64,000 bases of DNA from Trichosphaerium sp. ATCC 40318 (taxonomy: Eukaryota; Protista; Tubulinea), in the NCBI GenBank assembly GCA_038496445.1, contig JALMLS010000404.1, positions 1-64,000 on the forward strand, given 5' to 3'. Numbering within the stretch: the first letter of the stretch is position 1; every line of letters starts with the position of its first letter. Under the pieces are notes generated by a model. That model saw nothing but the letters and a program-made list of their open reading frames with translations. It ran no database searches and was not told where the DNA came from. This document shows positions 13,960-26,200 of this stretch, piece by piece. The position numbers and the translations under genes are program-made.

Positions 13960-14500
13960 CAGTGCTGTTTTGTGAAAACCAAAGAAATAAAACGACTTTG
14001 TGCAAAAAGCCGAAAAAAGTTCCCTGAACGGACTGTAAGTTCTGCTTATTTTTAAACGCTCCGCATGGGTGACAACGCAGCATTAAAACGTTCTAACGAC
14101 TATCAGACTCCATCGGTAAGTGATTAATTCAGTATCATCAAATAGCTTAGTTATACATAAAGGGACGTCGGTTTTCGTTAGTGAAGCGAACAGAGATAGC
14201 ACGACATAATATTAGCCGGGCTGGAGGAGTCCCAACAATAGAGCATCCTACGGAATACCTAGTTGATGCCTGTCTACTTGTAGCAATCGCTGTTCTTTTC
14301 TACTTCGATTTTGTATTTATAATTAAGACTGCGTTTCTGTTCGGCGCGGCAGGTATCTGGTGTTTCGCTCACTTTGATCGGTACGCACAATCTAGTAACA
14401 AAACACATTTGTGCTTCAGTTAAAGCTAAAACACTTCAGGATAGTATTCTACTGCTATAAAGTAGGTAAATTCGTTCACCATAAAAGCAAGTTACAACGT

Positions 14501-15270
14501 ATGCCAAGGCGAATCTTCTTAATACGACACGGACAATCAGAGGTACATTTTTATTTTGTTTGTAGCTTATTTTTGTTCAATCTATTTTAAGAAATCAATT
14601 TCGCTAAGTTTTGTGTTAGGGTAATGTTGACCACAATATATACGCTAAAAAACCTGATAATAAGATTGAGCTTACAACCAAGGGTGTTTCCCAAGCAAAG
14701 AATGCAGGCAAGGTTCTTAGAGAGATGATAGGAGATGAGACTGTAAGATTTTTCGTTTCACCATATCGTCGGGCTCAACAGACTTATCACAATATTGCCG
14801 AATCTTTTGATGATAACCAATGCACAGTACTACAAATATAACTTCATAGCCACATCAATAACATTATAATTTAGTACAGAGAAGAACCAAGACTAAGAGA
14901 GCAAGATTGGGGTAATTTTCAAGATCCTGATCAAGTTCTTAAATGTCGGGAAGAAAGAAGAAAATTTGGAAGCTTCTACTACAGGTTACCAAATGGAGAA
15001 TCAGGTTCTGATGTATATGATCGTGTTACAAGCTTCTGGTCTACAATTATAAGAGAGTTTAAGTACAAAAACTGCTTAGAGAACTTTGTAATGGTATCAC
15101 ATGGTATCACTCTTCGTCTTTTTTTGATGAGGTATTTCAAATGGACTGTAGATGAAATGCAGGCAACTTGGAACTTGGAAAATTGTCAAATACTTGTAAT
15201 GAGGTTACAAGACGGGAAGTATGTTCTGGAGACACCGCTCAAGCGTGATCCTGTACATAAAAATCTTTAA
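14501..15270 (+). CDS. Histidine phosphatase / phosphoglycerate-mutase-like (Det1-like), 3 exons
   Basis: MPRRIFLIRHGQSEGN (RHG motif), VSPYRRAQQT, EPRLREQDWGNFQ, RLPNGESGSDVYDRV, VSHGITLRLFLMRYFKW; missed by the ORF track. Confidence 0.93.
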
Positions 15271-15593
15271 ACAAAAAGTCTCTTTTGTTTTCTTACATTG
15301 CGCTATCGGTGATTGGTAAGTATGTTATGCAGATGCTTAGTATCATGTGTCAATGAGTATCGATGAATCACAGATACATTGGAAAGTTGAATCGCGTACA
15401 ATTTGATTATCGATTGGCCAACACGTACCCTAAGAAAGGTTAAGACCAAAAAAGTAAAAACGTCCTAGTGTTAGATATGGTATTTAAAAATAATTGTTTT
15501 AATAAGCGTAATCACGTGCCTTATAAAAAGCACGGACTGTTGTTGACAGGTTCTTTGTAGAATGCTAGTTGTTCTAAATAAACTCCTTTACTT

Positions 15594-15830
15594 TTATTTA
15601 GTAGACTTTGACAGAGTATTAGAATAAGCGGCAGTATTAAATCCCACCTGCTCTCGCCTTTGCCCAGCATTGTACCATGACTTAGAGCGCGCATGTTCAT
15701 CACCAATGTATACAATGATGAGCAAGTTGGCTATTGCTAAACCATGCATTACACAGTCTCTCATCGTGTTTACATTTAATAATACTCTTCCGCTAATTAC
15801 CATTGCTTGTATTCTCCTTTTGGCCATGCT
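15594..15830 (-). pseudogene. Degenerate MORN-variant repeat remnant
   Basis: Fragments GEYKQW, WFSNSQL and EHARSKSWYNAGQ in broken frames, directly downstream of the intact MORN gene. Confidence 0.45.
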
Positions 15831-15938
15831 TATTTTAATTAAGACGCTTGTTAAAACACGACTCTAGATCAACCTATTTTTATTTATTTGACAGTATTAT
15901 GGCTGCACCACATTCTTTTATTGTTGCGTATACTAAAA

Positions 15939-16991
15939 TTATTGAGGTATTTCTTCATCATCTTTGTATGTTGTACATATTAAAAGTTGTCCATTATCAT
16001 CCCACTCTTTGTACTCACCGTTTAATTTATCATCAACATATGTTGATTGTACAACGATTTGTCCATTATGATGCCACTTTTTGTACCCACCGTTTTTCAT
16101 ACCATTACTTATTGTAGTTTCTAGAGAGAGTTGTCCATTGGCATGCCAATGCTTAGTCTCACCATTTGGCTTGCCATCAACAAGTGTAAAGTGCATTGAA
16201 AGTTGTCCATTGTCATGCCATATCTTACAGTCACCATTTGGCTTGCCATCAACCAGTAGAGTATAACTTTCAAGCTGTCCATTCTCATGCCACTTTTTTA
16301 CACTAACATTTTCACCCTTAACAAACTCAACACTTATTTGTAGTATCCCATTTTCATCCCACCGTTTCACTTCTCCATGTTCTTTACCATCAGAATATGG
16401 AGTACAACTATGAAGTTGTCCATTCTCATACCACTTTTTAGCATCAATTTGGTCGCCATTAACAAATAAAGCAGTTAACAACAGAGTCCCATTTTCGTCC
16501 CACTGCTTCACTTCTCCATCTTCCTTACCGTTAACATATGTGATGGTTGAAGATAATTGTCCATTCTCATGAAACTGCCTCACTTCTCCGTCTTTCTTTC
16601 CATCAACAAAGGTCATGACTGTAGATAATTGTCCATTCTCATGCCATTGTTTGTACTCTCCTTTACACTTACCACCAGAGAACACTGTATAAATATGAAG
16701 TTGTCCATTTTCATGCCACTGCTTCGTTTCTCCGTGTCTTTCACCATCTTTCATCATGGTAGTGCGGCATATCCTGCCGCTATTATACCAATACATCCAC
16801 ATACCTTTTTTTTCAAGGTTGGCATTGTAATGCGTGTTCTTTGCAGCTCTTTTTGAGAGTATATGGAACTTTGCGAACGTTTCCTCGTTAAAAGAGCATA
16901 AATACCGTTGAATATCAAAGGGAAGGTCTAGTAGGTTAGGAGGGGTATCGTTTGTGGAATGTAAACCACGCTTTGACGATTTATGATCCAT
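15939..16991 (-). CDS. F-box-like + MORN-variant (YwqK-like) repeat protein, intronless
   Basis: N-terminal LLDLPFDIQRYLCSF; about 12 repeats of ~24 aa, consensus GE.KQWHENGQL...T..DG. Confidence 0.88.
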   Translation of the reverse strand: MDHKSSKRGLHSTNDTPPNLLDLPFDIQRYLCSFNEETFAKFHILSKRAAKNTHYNANLEKKGMWMYWYNSGRICRTTMMKDGERHGETKQWHENGQLHIYTVFSGGKCKGEYKQWHENGQLSTVMTFVDGKKDGEVRQFHENGQLSSTITYVNGKEDGEVKQWDENGTLLLTALFVNGDQIDAKKWYENGQLHSCTPYSDGKEHGEVKRWDENGILQISVEFVKGENVSVKKWHENGQLESYTLLVDGKPNGDCKIWHDNGQLSMHFTLVDGKPNGETKHWHANGQLSLETTISNGMKNGGYKKWHHNGQIVVQSTYVDDKLNGEYKEWDDNGQLLICTTYKDDEEIPQ

Positions 16992-17349
16992 TGGAGGCTA
17001 AAATGTCTTAGAGAGCGTTAATTGCCATTGAAACCAATGGTTTGGGTTTATTTCTGAGAAAACGTACCGGAGGGTCACGTGGTAGATCTTTGGGACAATA
17101 AACACCAGATGCAGGCACAAACGACAAAACGCGAAACGTTTTATTTGCTGTAAGAAGTAAATTGACTTGAAAAAAAACCAATTAAAGTTGTTCGCACACT
17201 ATGTACACTTTTACGAAACGTGAGTTCGATGGAGCGTATCACCGTTAGCGTCACTCCGGATTCCTCAACGAAATTTCGCGCTCTGCTATCGAAACTTAAC
17301 GTAATCAAGAAATTAAGCCAGCTGGCACAATAAACACTCAATTGAACAA

Positions 17350-19277
17350 ACAGAATAATATAAGATAAATCAAGCGTTTGAGGCTATTACGCTTTTTATG
17401 TTACTATTGTACACTTGTTCGGAGTATGCACTAACTAGAAGCTAGATACTACTTATGTTTACGGTTGATTGCGTTGGGCTATCGAGTGAATGAGTACTTT
17501 TCGCAATTCCATCAGAGCTCCCTTTTGATTTCTCTCTTTTCAACATTTTGCTTAATGTCTTGAACATTTGCCAAGGTGGAGCGTAGTAAGAGTAGATGGC
17601 ACATATCATCAATACCTCAAAAGAGCGCAAACAGAAAAGCCAACCTACTGTAGTGTCATATACTCTATCTCTTAGAGCCTGTGCGATAATAATGAGAGCT
17701 CCGAGTAAGGCAACGCCAATAGTGCAACGTGTTATCTAGAATATATGAGCACGTGATATTACTGCACTGATTTATTTACTTACACGCATTAGTGCTCTTC
17801 TAGAGGTCTTGTTTTTTTCGTATCTCATTGTCTTGCAGTAAACTACCGAAGCACTTACCTTTGTTATAATTGTTAAAACATACATGAAGGTGAGACAGTA
17901 ACGTACAAATATAAAAATCAACATTAACAAAGTGTTGGATATCACGAGAACGTTTACTATGACGCTATGAAAGTTTGTTAGAAGTGTGGCAAAAAACCTT
18001 AGGACGTACTCAAGGTGAGTTGAAGTGATTACTCTATACAATATGGTTACCATACAACTGATGGTAGTATATACCATAGCAACAATTGCAATACGTTTGT
18101 GTGTAAATGTTGGGTGTCCCGAAAGCGCAGCTTGGAGCCTAAATATTACGTCACAATTGTTGTTGTCTAAACTTTAAAAAGTACTGTTCTTTGGTTTGGT
18201 GGATAGATAATAAAATATCGATTGAGAAAGCACTTACCAATATGCACTTGTCGATACTACCATAGCAAACAAACCTGAAACAGCAAGCGTTGAGACAAAC
18301 AAAACAGATTGATTGCTATTGATTCCGTTGTATCCATACAAATCAATAATGGGTTGAAGAGTACGTACTGTACAATAATAAGATTCAAAAATATACTTGC
18401 CCAATACGTACCAAATGTTGTTCCAATTATTGATACTAAGGCTACATCAAGCAATATGCCAGCCCAAAGTTCTTGACCAGGTACCACAGGTATGTTAGCT
18501 TTTGGTGATTTAGCGCTACATCGCTTATGTTGCCTTAGAGTAAAGACTGTAATAGCATAGCAGAGTAAAAGAAAAAACACAATTGGCACTGTCACTTCAT
18601 AAAATCTCCACGTGATAATGAATAGGTTGTAGCCATCCATAACTGTCAATAATTAATCAAATGAAATACGCACAATTTAAAATAAGAAAATAGTAGGACA
18701 AACCTCGGTTAGAAGCCGGAATCAATGTAGTGATTGAGTTGTCAACGAAACTGTCAGTAAAGTTTGTACTTAATCCCTGTGCGAGTATGAATGGTATTCG
18801 TAAATTGCGTGTCGGCTGGAGAATATTTATTGGCAAATCACCTAAAATGAGTGAGTTTGAAGGAGTATTAGTTTCTCCGACCAACAAATAGTATAAAGGC
18901 AATGGCTCCTTGCGATTGAACTGCTTTTGCAAGTCTAGGATGAAACATCTCCCCATTTGACGTCTCACAATTACTCTCATTTTGAAGAGTGTATGCTATG
19001 TACCCTAAATACTGTTTGTTAGTAAAACGGCATGTGCGGAGTTTGTGCCTGAGAGCTCGAAATTATTTTTCAAGTTACATCCTTCAAACTTTACTCTGCG
19101 CAATGGCGCTGTGATAAGCTTAGTGTTGGGCGTACTGAACCATGAATACACTGACTTTGTTGTATTACAAGTGTATTTACAAGCAATTACTGGCGTGTCA
19201 TCGTATATGAACCCCTGACATACAACAAGGTATGGCAGAAAAACAAGAACAATAGCGAGACATATTGCGCTTGACAT
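17350..19277 (-). pseudogene. Signal-peptide + multi-pass membrane protein, apparently frameshifted
   Basis: Signal peptide MSSAICLAIVLVFLPYLVVCQG, Cys-containing ectodomain, then several hydrophobic segments (ORFs 18257-18649, 17772-18077, 17442-17630); frames break, e.g. at a G4 run near 18951; 3' end uncertain. Confidence 0.5.
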
Positions 19278-19568
19278 TGAGAACAGAAAAGTATGGTAAC
19301 ACGTGCCACAATATTGTGTACGCCACGTATTAAAACAAAGGCTTTTTGTCGTGATACGTTATCATAATGAATGCCGTCATTACAAATCTTTGACGAACAT
19401 TCAGGTAACGTGCGTTTGACCTAGATCACATCATGTAAGAGAAAGAAAACCATGAGATTAAGGCTGGTGGCAAGTCACGTTGATGTTATTCTTAGCTTTC
19501 TTGAATAAATCACGAGTATTAATATGCCTATAATACCGGGGTTGAACAATCTTTAGACAAGGGAATGA

Positions 19569-19816
19569 GTAAAATAGTAAAATCTGGGAGTTTGGAAAAT
19601 CTGGAAATGTAAAAAGGAAGTATGATGGAGGTGCTTTTTCTCCCCACACCATAAATAAATATACCACATAATCTTCCGCCCTTTAGGGCCGGGGTGTTAT
19701 ACCCCATATTCGGCGACTGATGACTCAATTTGTTGGTGGTATGGGGAGAAAAAGCACTTCCACATACTTCCTTTTTACATTTCCAGATTTTCCAAACTAC
19801 CAGATTTTACTTTTAC
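19569..19816. repeat. Long inverted repeat (MITE-like foldback)
   Basis: Arm 19569-19651 is the reverse complement of arm 19737-19816 with only a few mismatches or indels; ~85-bp spacer. Confidence 0.9.
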
Positions 19817-20206
19817 AATAGACATGACGTCTCCGTGTAAGATTATTGTTTCGGAATACCTGAAGTTAAAATCAAACAAAGGGACCAAAAGGGTTATTTT
19901 CCTATTTGAGATTCACCAAAAGCCAAACACTGTAACTCTAAGAGCATGAATACAATATAGGAAATAACCAGGACTGCTACACTAATAGTGCATCGTGTTA
20001 TCTATGAGCACGTGATCATACTAGGTCAAGAATATGTGGTTTGAGTAAAGTGCAAATCAGGTTTGCTTCCATGTAATTGAGCGTTAAAAAGTAATTTGAT
20101 GCCAGTGCCATTTCGTTCGTGCACTTTGTTGGACATGGTGATAACAACTGTTGTGTAAAAAGTCAAAGTGTTCACTTAAATGTAGCTGTACAACTTAGCC
20201 GTAAAC

Positions 20207-21190
20207 ATGAAGCGTCAAGTATTAATAGCGGACAGTAATAAATATCAAATGACGACTAAACACTGTGGTGATACATCAATCATGCTAATAGACTTATTTT
20301 CACTACCGACGGAGATCTTGTTAAATATTATCACAAACAACCTTGACTGGCTTGATTTATCGTCACTACAACAATCAAACCATTATCTATGCGAAATGAT
20401 ACGAAACGACTCAGATTACATTTATCGGCATTTATACCACCAAAAATGGGGTCACAATGCCGACAAACTTGAGCGTGCTGTCCACGAACGAATCGCCAAG
20501 GATCTCAGTGCTCAACAAGCAATAGTAGTACAGTACAGAAAGGAAACACTTCAAGTACCGATAACAAAGTATAATTTGGATGCAGTCACGTGGAAAGAGA
20601 AGTATCGAAACAGATTGCGTTCAAATATCATCTCAGAGTTGAGTTGTGACAAGACCCATGTTCACCAAGGCGAGACAGTAACATTCGCACTCACACTTCA
20701 AAATATTGGTAAAACAACTGAGAGAATTTATCTCGGCTTTGGCTCCCATCTTAAAAACTGTCATATCATTGAATGTGGCCATGCTATTCATATCTGGAAG
20801 CCTGAAATCAAAGATCCTAATGGTTTTCTCGACAATTACAAGTTATATCATTCACCTCCTCCCGATTTATCAAATATGCGTTACTTTCATCTTGCAATGA
20901 CTCCAGGAGACAGACGTACATTTGAACTACCACTAATTTTCGACAAGTTAGAACTGCTGCCATCGTATACAAGCATACAATCTGTGCCTCCTGATACCTT
21001 ATCTCTTAAAGGCACATGTATGGAAGTATGTGTTGCCTGTTCCGAAACACCAAACGTATTCCCTCTTCAAGTATTTGCTAACATCAACACTAGTAAGGAA
21101 TCATGTAATGGTGTTTTTGGAACTGTTTTTGGACATTGCTCAGTTGTTACAAGCAATATTGTAAATCTAATAATGCAAAAGACATCGTAA
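20207..21190 (+). CDS. F-box protein with unnamed beta-rich C-terminal domain (family A, intact, intronless)
   Basis: DLFSLPTEILLNIITNNLDWLDLSSLQQSNHYL (F-box); C-terminal SELSCDKTHVHQGETVTFALTLQNIG..PNVFPLQVF..GHCSVVTSNIVNL; four further copies in window. Confidence 0.85.
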   Translation: MKRQVLIADSNKYQMTTKHCGDTSIMLIDLFSLPTEILLNIITNNLDWLDLSSLQQSNHYLCEMIRNDSDYIYRHLYHQKWGHNADKLERAVHERIAKDLSAQQAIVVQYRKETLQVPITKYNLDAVTWKEKYRNRLRSNIISELSCDKTHVHQGETVTFALTLQNIGKTTERIYLGFGSHLKNCHIIECGHAIHIWKPEIKDPNGFLDNYKLYHSPPPDLSNMRYFHLAMTPGDRRTFELPLIFDKLELLPSYTSIQSVPPDTLSLKGTCMEVCVACSETPNVFPLQVFANINTSKESCNGVFGTVFGHCSVVTSNIVNLIMQKTS

Positions 21191-21306
21191 TTCACCTTCA
21201 ATGTAACTGAAATAAAATTATTCTTCAAACACCATCTTGTATTTCACATATGTATTATTAACTCGAAAAAGGACTACTAATATCACAACAAGTGAAGGGA
21301 AACATT

Positions 21307-21745
21307 ATGAATTGTCCACCTGAGATCATTTCAGCTATTTTAGAACACGTGGGTGACAAAGATTTATTTCCTGTTGCTCAATCATGTTGGAACATGGCTG
21401 ATATTATTCATGATATTATTGGATACAGACATGTTTATCTCAAGCGATACACAGATATTCTAAAGATAAATCAGCACAAGGGTATGGATAACACCATAGT
21501 TCACCTAGACCGTATGGGGGATAGTACACTATTCTCAAAACTTGCTGGCTGTCGCACATTCAAAACTTCATCAAAAAATAAGATCTGAAAGCAATAGACA
21601 ACCTAACCACATTGATATTGCTGAGTACTATAAAATTAGAGATAACCATATGAAAGCACTTACAGGCGTTCATACTATCAATCTGCGCAGCTGTAAACAT
21701 GTGACAGATGAAGGCATTAAAGCACAGGTTTTCACTTGTATTTAA
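21307..21745 (+). pseudogene. F-box + LRR remnant
   Basis: MNCPPEIISAILEHVGDKDLFPVAQSC (F-box), frameshift, then a single LRR MKALTGVHTINLRSCKHVTDEGIKA. Confidence 0.7.
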
Positions 21746-22157
21746 TTCATTGAATAGTTAAGGGTTCTGACGTGCTCAGAGAGACTCCGTGTTATCTAGG
21801 TATGGAATACACGTTGGTTGAATGTGAAGATAGAACATCACAACTCATGGCTAGGCTTTCATGTTCATTGATATTGAGACAACAAAAGTTGTTTACACAC
21901 TAAACCATATGTCACCTCACGTGATAAAACAACCCTGATTATGACCCTGGCACTTCTTTTTCAGATAATTAGCTTATTGAAATACATAGTTTGTCCGATG
22001 AATACCCGATCTCGTATTTATGACATATCCAACCATTCTAAACGTAAAATTTAATAGACAAAAGCGAGAAGATACGTGGTATGGTTGATGTCAACAGTGC
22101 TTAAATACTTAAGCTAGAACGTTTAAAAACATTCAATACATAAACAACACTACAACA

Positions 22158-24451
22158 ATGTGGAAGCTTTGTGTATTTGGTAATGCGTCTATGGTAATGT
22201 GGTAGTACTTACTTCAAACAGTATTTATGGTTACAGCTGTTTTATGCCATGATAAGCAATTTTGGGATAACGTAGAGGACTTTGAAGTGGTTACATCAAG
22301 TACTATTCAAGTTTTCTTGAAACCAACTAATGCTGATTGTTTGTAGTTGATTTATCAGTGTCTCCAAAACGAACCGCTGAAGGAGTTTACGTATTACAAA
22401 TGCATAAACATAATGGTTCGATGACGATCGAATGCATCAAAGCGTCGCCATTCACATTCGATTCTAGAGTGAGTGGGTTTTTTGTTCCAACTTTTTTTTA
22501 TTCCACATTTTGTTATTTAACCTGAGATTGTAGATTATCTTAAGCTCAGGAAACAGTTCAAATTACCTTCCTATTCCAGCAAATACCTTCAAGTCTATCA
22601 ACGACAACTATCGCTTCCGGTTTATGACTCATAAAGATGGAACGATAGAAGGTATTCTGTTTGTAAATGATGAGATGCTTGTAATTGAACCTGCTTCAAA
22701 GTAAGCCGAGATAGCTGACTGCTAGGGCTAACAGAAGGACTCTTTTTTAGGCACATAGACTTCATGCAACCACACCATTTGGAAAAACTTGGATCAGGCA
22801 CACACGTGATTCTGAGGTAATGTTTCACTGTAGAAGGTTCCTTAGCTTATTTATTTAAAGGCGCAACAATCTACAACACGAAGAATCACTTGGCTGTGGA
22901 CTTTGTAATGACATGATTAAGTCAAAGAGACAAAACCGTACTCGCTCAAAGCGGTCAAGAAGGTTTGTAGTTTCTTTTTGTTGTACTTAAGACAGACTTT
23001 TATTTAAGAGCATACCCCATGGGAGATAAACGACCGTTAGTTCCTCCACCTAGCGGTTGTCCTTCATCGTTAAAAGTTCTCCACGTGGTATAAGAACTGC
23101 ATTATTATTGTGTTGCACTAAACAGTTAACAGGCAGTGGTTGTTGATCAGAGTCTATACGACAATCGAGGAGTTGACGGTTCAGTAGACTACGTCACTAA
23201 CAGTTGCGACAGTTTTCCCAAGTCTTTACTAACCACTATTTGCGTAGACATTCACAATGTGAATGCCATATATAACAAAGAACTGGTAAGTATTTCTCTG
23301 AAATACAAGTACTAAACTGTTTACTGATTCTTTTTTTTTTGAAACAAGAACGTGGAACTTATTGTATCAGAGTTGCTTATAATAAAGAATCGGGATGATT
23401 ATTGTACAACAAAAGTAAAAAAAAACCACAAAGTCCGTTGACAGCTTTTTTTTAGCCGCCGGTTGGCAGTGTTCGAGAAGAGGTGATGTACATAGTGATT
23501 TTACTACATGGACATGGAGGCATTATTCAAATTCGCCGCCAGTGGCTTTACTATATCATGACTGCAGCGGTGGTAACTTATTAGGAAGAGCGCATATGGA
23601 TGGTGTTTGTGGCTTTCAATCGTATCAAGCTGAAGTGAAGGAACTGAGCAACTCTCGCAAACGAACCATCCTCACTGCACATGAAATCGGACATCTTTTA
23701 AATATGGATCATGACCCTGACAACTCAGGTATAATGAAAGAAGAAATACCAGAGAACAAGTGCGTATTTGTTAGTATCTAAACGTCACAGCTTGCTCATA
23801 TTGTTTTTTGTAGCTTGAATAAATGGCAACAGTTTTCGAGGAATAGTCAAGCAGAGGGATGTACAAAACTTGGAAGAAGTTATTGCCTTACCTCCATTAA
23901 TGACGAACACTTATACGCTCTTCGAAAGAACAATGAACAGGGATATGCTTTAACAACACAACAGCAACCTAATGCCAACAACGACAATGTGTATCTCTAC
24001 AGCTATAATGATGACAACGAAAATCAACATTGGGTCGAAACAAAACACAGTAGCGGATATTATATCTACCGTAAACGTTATACAAACTTTTGCATGGATG
24101 GCAACAGCGGTGGCAGCAATAGACAGTGCGTAATTTCTTTTCAAAAGAAGTAAACAGACTCTTCTCTAATTTTTTCTTAATCAGGAACGTGAAGCTTCAC
24201 AGTTGTAGTCAAGATAATGTTAATCAACATTGGGAGAAGTTGCATGTATCTGGTAATACATATAGATTAAAAAAGCGTAATGTTGCTTTCTCTATTGATG
24301 GTAATGCTGGAGGATCAAACAACCAGTATGTTTCATTTCAATTGTGTCAGCATGTTTTTTAATTCTTTTTGAAATTAGGAATGTGTATTTGTGGCCTTCC
24401 AGCTCAAGTAATCAGAATCAGCAATGGGTCTTTGTAACACCATCAAAGTAG
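22158..24451 (+). CDS. Secreted M12B (reprolysin/ADAM-like) zinc metalloprotease with C-terminal ricin-B lectin domain, multi-exon
   Basis: Signal peptide, prodomain with LGCG cysteine-switch-like motif and RSKRSR cleavage site, HEIGHLLNMDHD zinc motif with GIM Met-turn, three QxW repeats (NQHW, NQHW, NQQW). Confidence 0.88.
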
Positions 24452-24759
24452 ATTGGCACATTTATGCCTTGCATGTAATAGGTTTACTTTTGTATTGTGC
24501 ACAGCGCAAATAAACCCTTTTGGTTCTTTTTTGAATTGTATCCATTATTTTGCGCAAAGTTTTAAAGTCTTGTAGTAAGTATTTGGACTGTATGTCTTGT
24601 ACACGTGACCCAGCATGTGATTCGAATATAGAAGATACTTACATATATAGAAAGTTCAATCACAACAAACCTAAATAGTTTTAAAAACGTTTAACGTTAC
24701 TTTGACGAAGTCTCCTAAAAACTGAATCAGACTGTTTTTGACTTCTTGGCATACTAAAT

Positions 24760-25517
24760 GACTCAGATTACATTTATCGTCATTTATACCACCGGAAATG
24801 GGGTCGTGACGCTGAAGAAATTGAGTCTGCTATCCACCAAAGCATTGCTATTAGTTTACAAAATGAATATCCCCTAATGCCAATGCCAAAGACTTTGTAT
24901 AATTTCAATGCAGTAACGTGGAAAGAAAAGTATCGAAACAGACTGCGTTCAAATATCATCTCAGAGTTGAGTTGTGACAAGAACCATGTTCACCAAGGCG
25001 AGACACTCACATTCACACTTACACTCGAGAATATTGGTAAGACACCCAAGACACTCTACCTCGGCCAGGGAGCAAGCCTTGATGAATGTCATGTTATTAA
25101 AGGTGGTAGTGCAATATATATTTGGAAGCCTGAAGTCAAGGATCCTGAAGGATTTCTCAACAATCATAGGTGCCCTAATATAATATCATCTTATATAAAC
25201 TGGCAGGGTTTTAAGGTCATAATGAATCCAGGAGATACACTTACATACAAGATTCCGTTAAATTTTCAAAAGGTGAATAGGACACGTTTTCGGGTAATGA
25301 AGGAACGGATTCCACATGTTGATACACTTTCTCTCAAAGGCTTACTCATCAAGTATGTGTTGCTGGCCCTAAAACGCCGGATGTGTTTCCTCTTCAGGTA
25401 TTTGTCAAAGTTAATACTTTAAAAGAAAAATATAAAGGGGTTTATACTACTGTTGGACATTGTTTAGTTGTTACAAGCAATGTTGTAAATCTTACAATGT
25501 ACAAGACACAACAATAA
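24760..25517 (+). pseudogene. Family-A F-box gene copy, 5' truncated and frameshifted
   Basis: Nucleotide match to 20408-21190 begins abruptly at GACTCAGATTACATTTATCG (F-box lost); frameshift near 25345 precedes the VFPLQVF segment. Confidence 0.85.
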
Positions 25518-25939
25518 AGCATTACACAATTGTTTTTTTACAAAATATTAACCTTGTTCAACTAAGTGGAGCTCTTGCTAAACTCTCATTGGCTGCCATT
25601 GAAGCACTCTTCTAATTTGGAGGAATCTATGTAGTTTTCACTGTGTTGTGCCTGACAACTATTAATTCTAACATAGGAGTTCTGCCAACGCCCAACAATA
25701 GTGTAATAAGTGTATAAAGCTGTATTATCATGAAGGTTTATTGAGTAGATTGTGGTCAAGTACTGACATTTTGGAAGAACCTTCTTTTCTTCTGTACCAG
25801 TGACGTATAGGTTGATTAATGCTGCTCGCAGGTACAAGGGTGATCACATCCTTCAAACACTCATGTAGACCGTATTCTTTAATGAGATTCCATAGAGGTC
25901 ATTGTTCTTATTCTACAGTTTGTTCCCGTATTAGCTATG

Positions 25940-26200
25940 CCTGCAAGGCGCTTATGCAATAGCACTGCACAAAGCAGTTAATAACAATGTTGATTTCACA
26001 GACTTAAAGTATAGAATTTGCTTGTGATTGCAGAGTAACTGATGATCATCTTCAACAACTTGCTGGGATACATAAAATAAGTTGTCGTAGATCACATATC
26101 AGATGATGGGATTAAAGCATTATCTGGTGTTCATACGATTGATTAATGTCATTACCAAGCTATTACGTGCAAAGCATTGGCTAGTGTTCGCGCAATTAAT
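25940..26200 (+). pseudogene. Fragment of the 33060-34343 LRR gene
   Basis: Near-identical to the reverse complement of ~33850-34065 (CAAGGCGCTTATGCAATAGCACTGCACAAAGCAG...), with deletions and stops. Confidence 0.85.

Noticed and set aside
14215-14250. GCCGGG..AGTCCCA reminiscent of the SRP RNA Alu domain or RNase P/MRP CR-I
   Set aside because: No helix-8 or CR-V motifs found; similarity too short.
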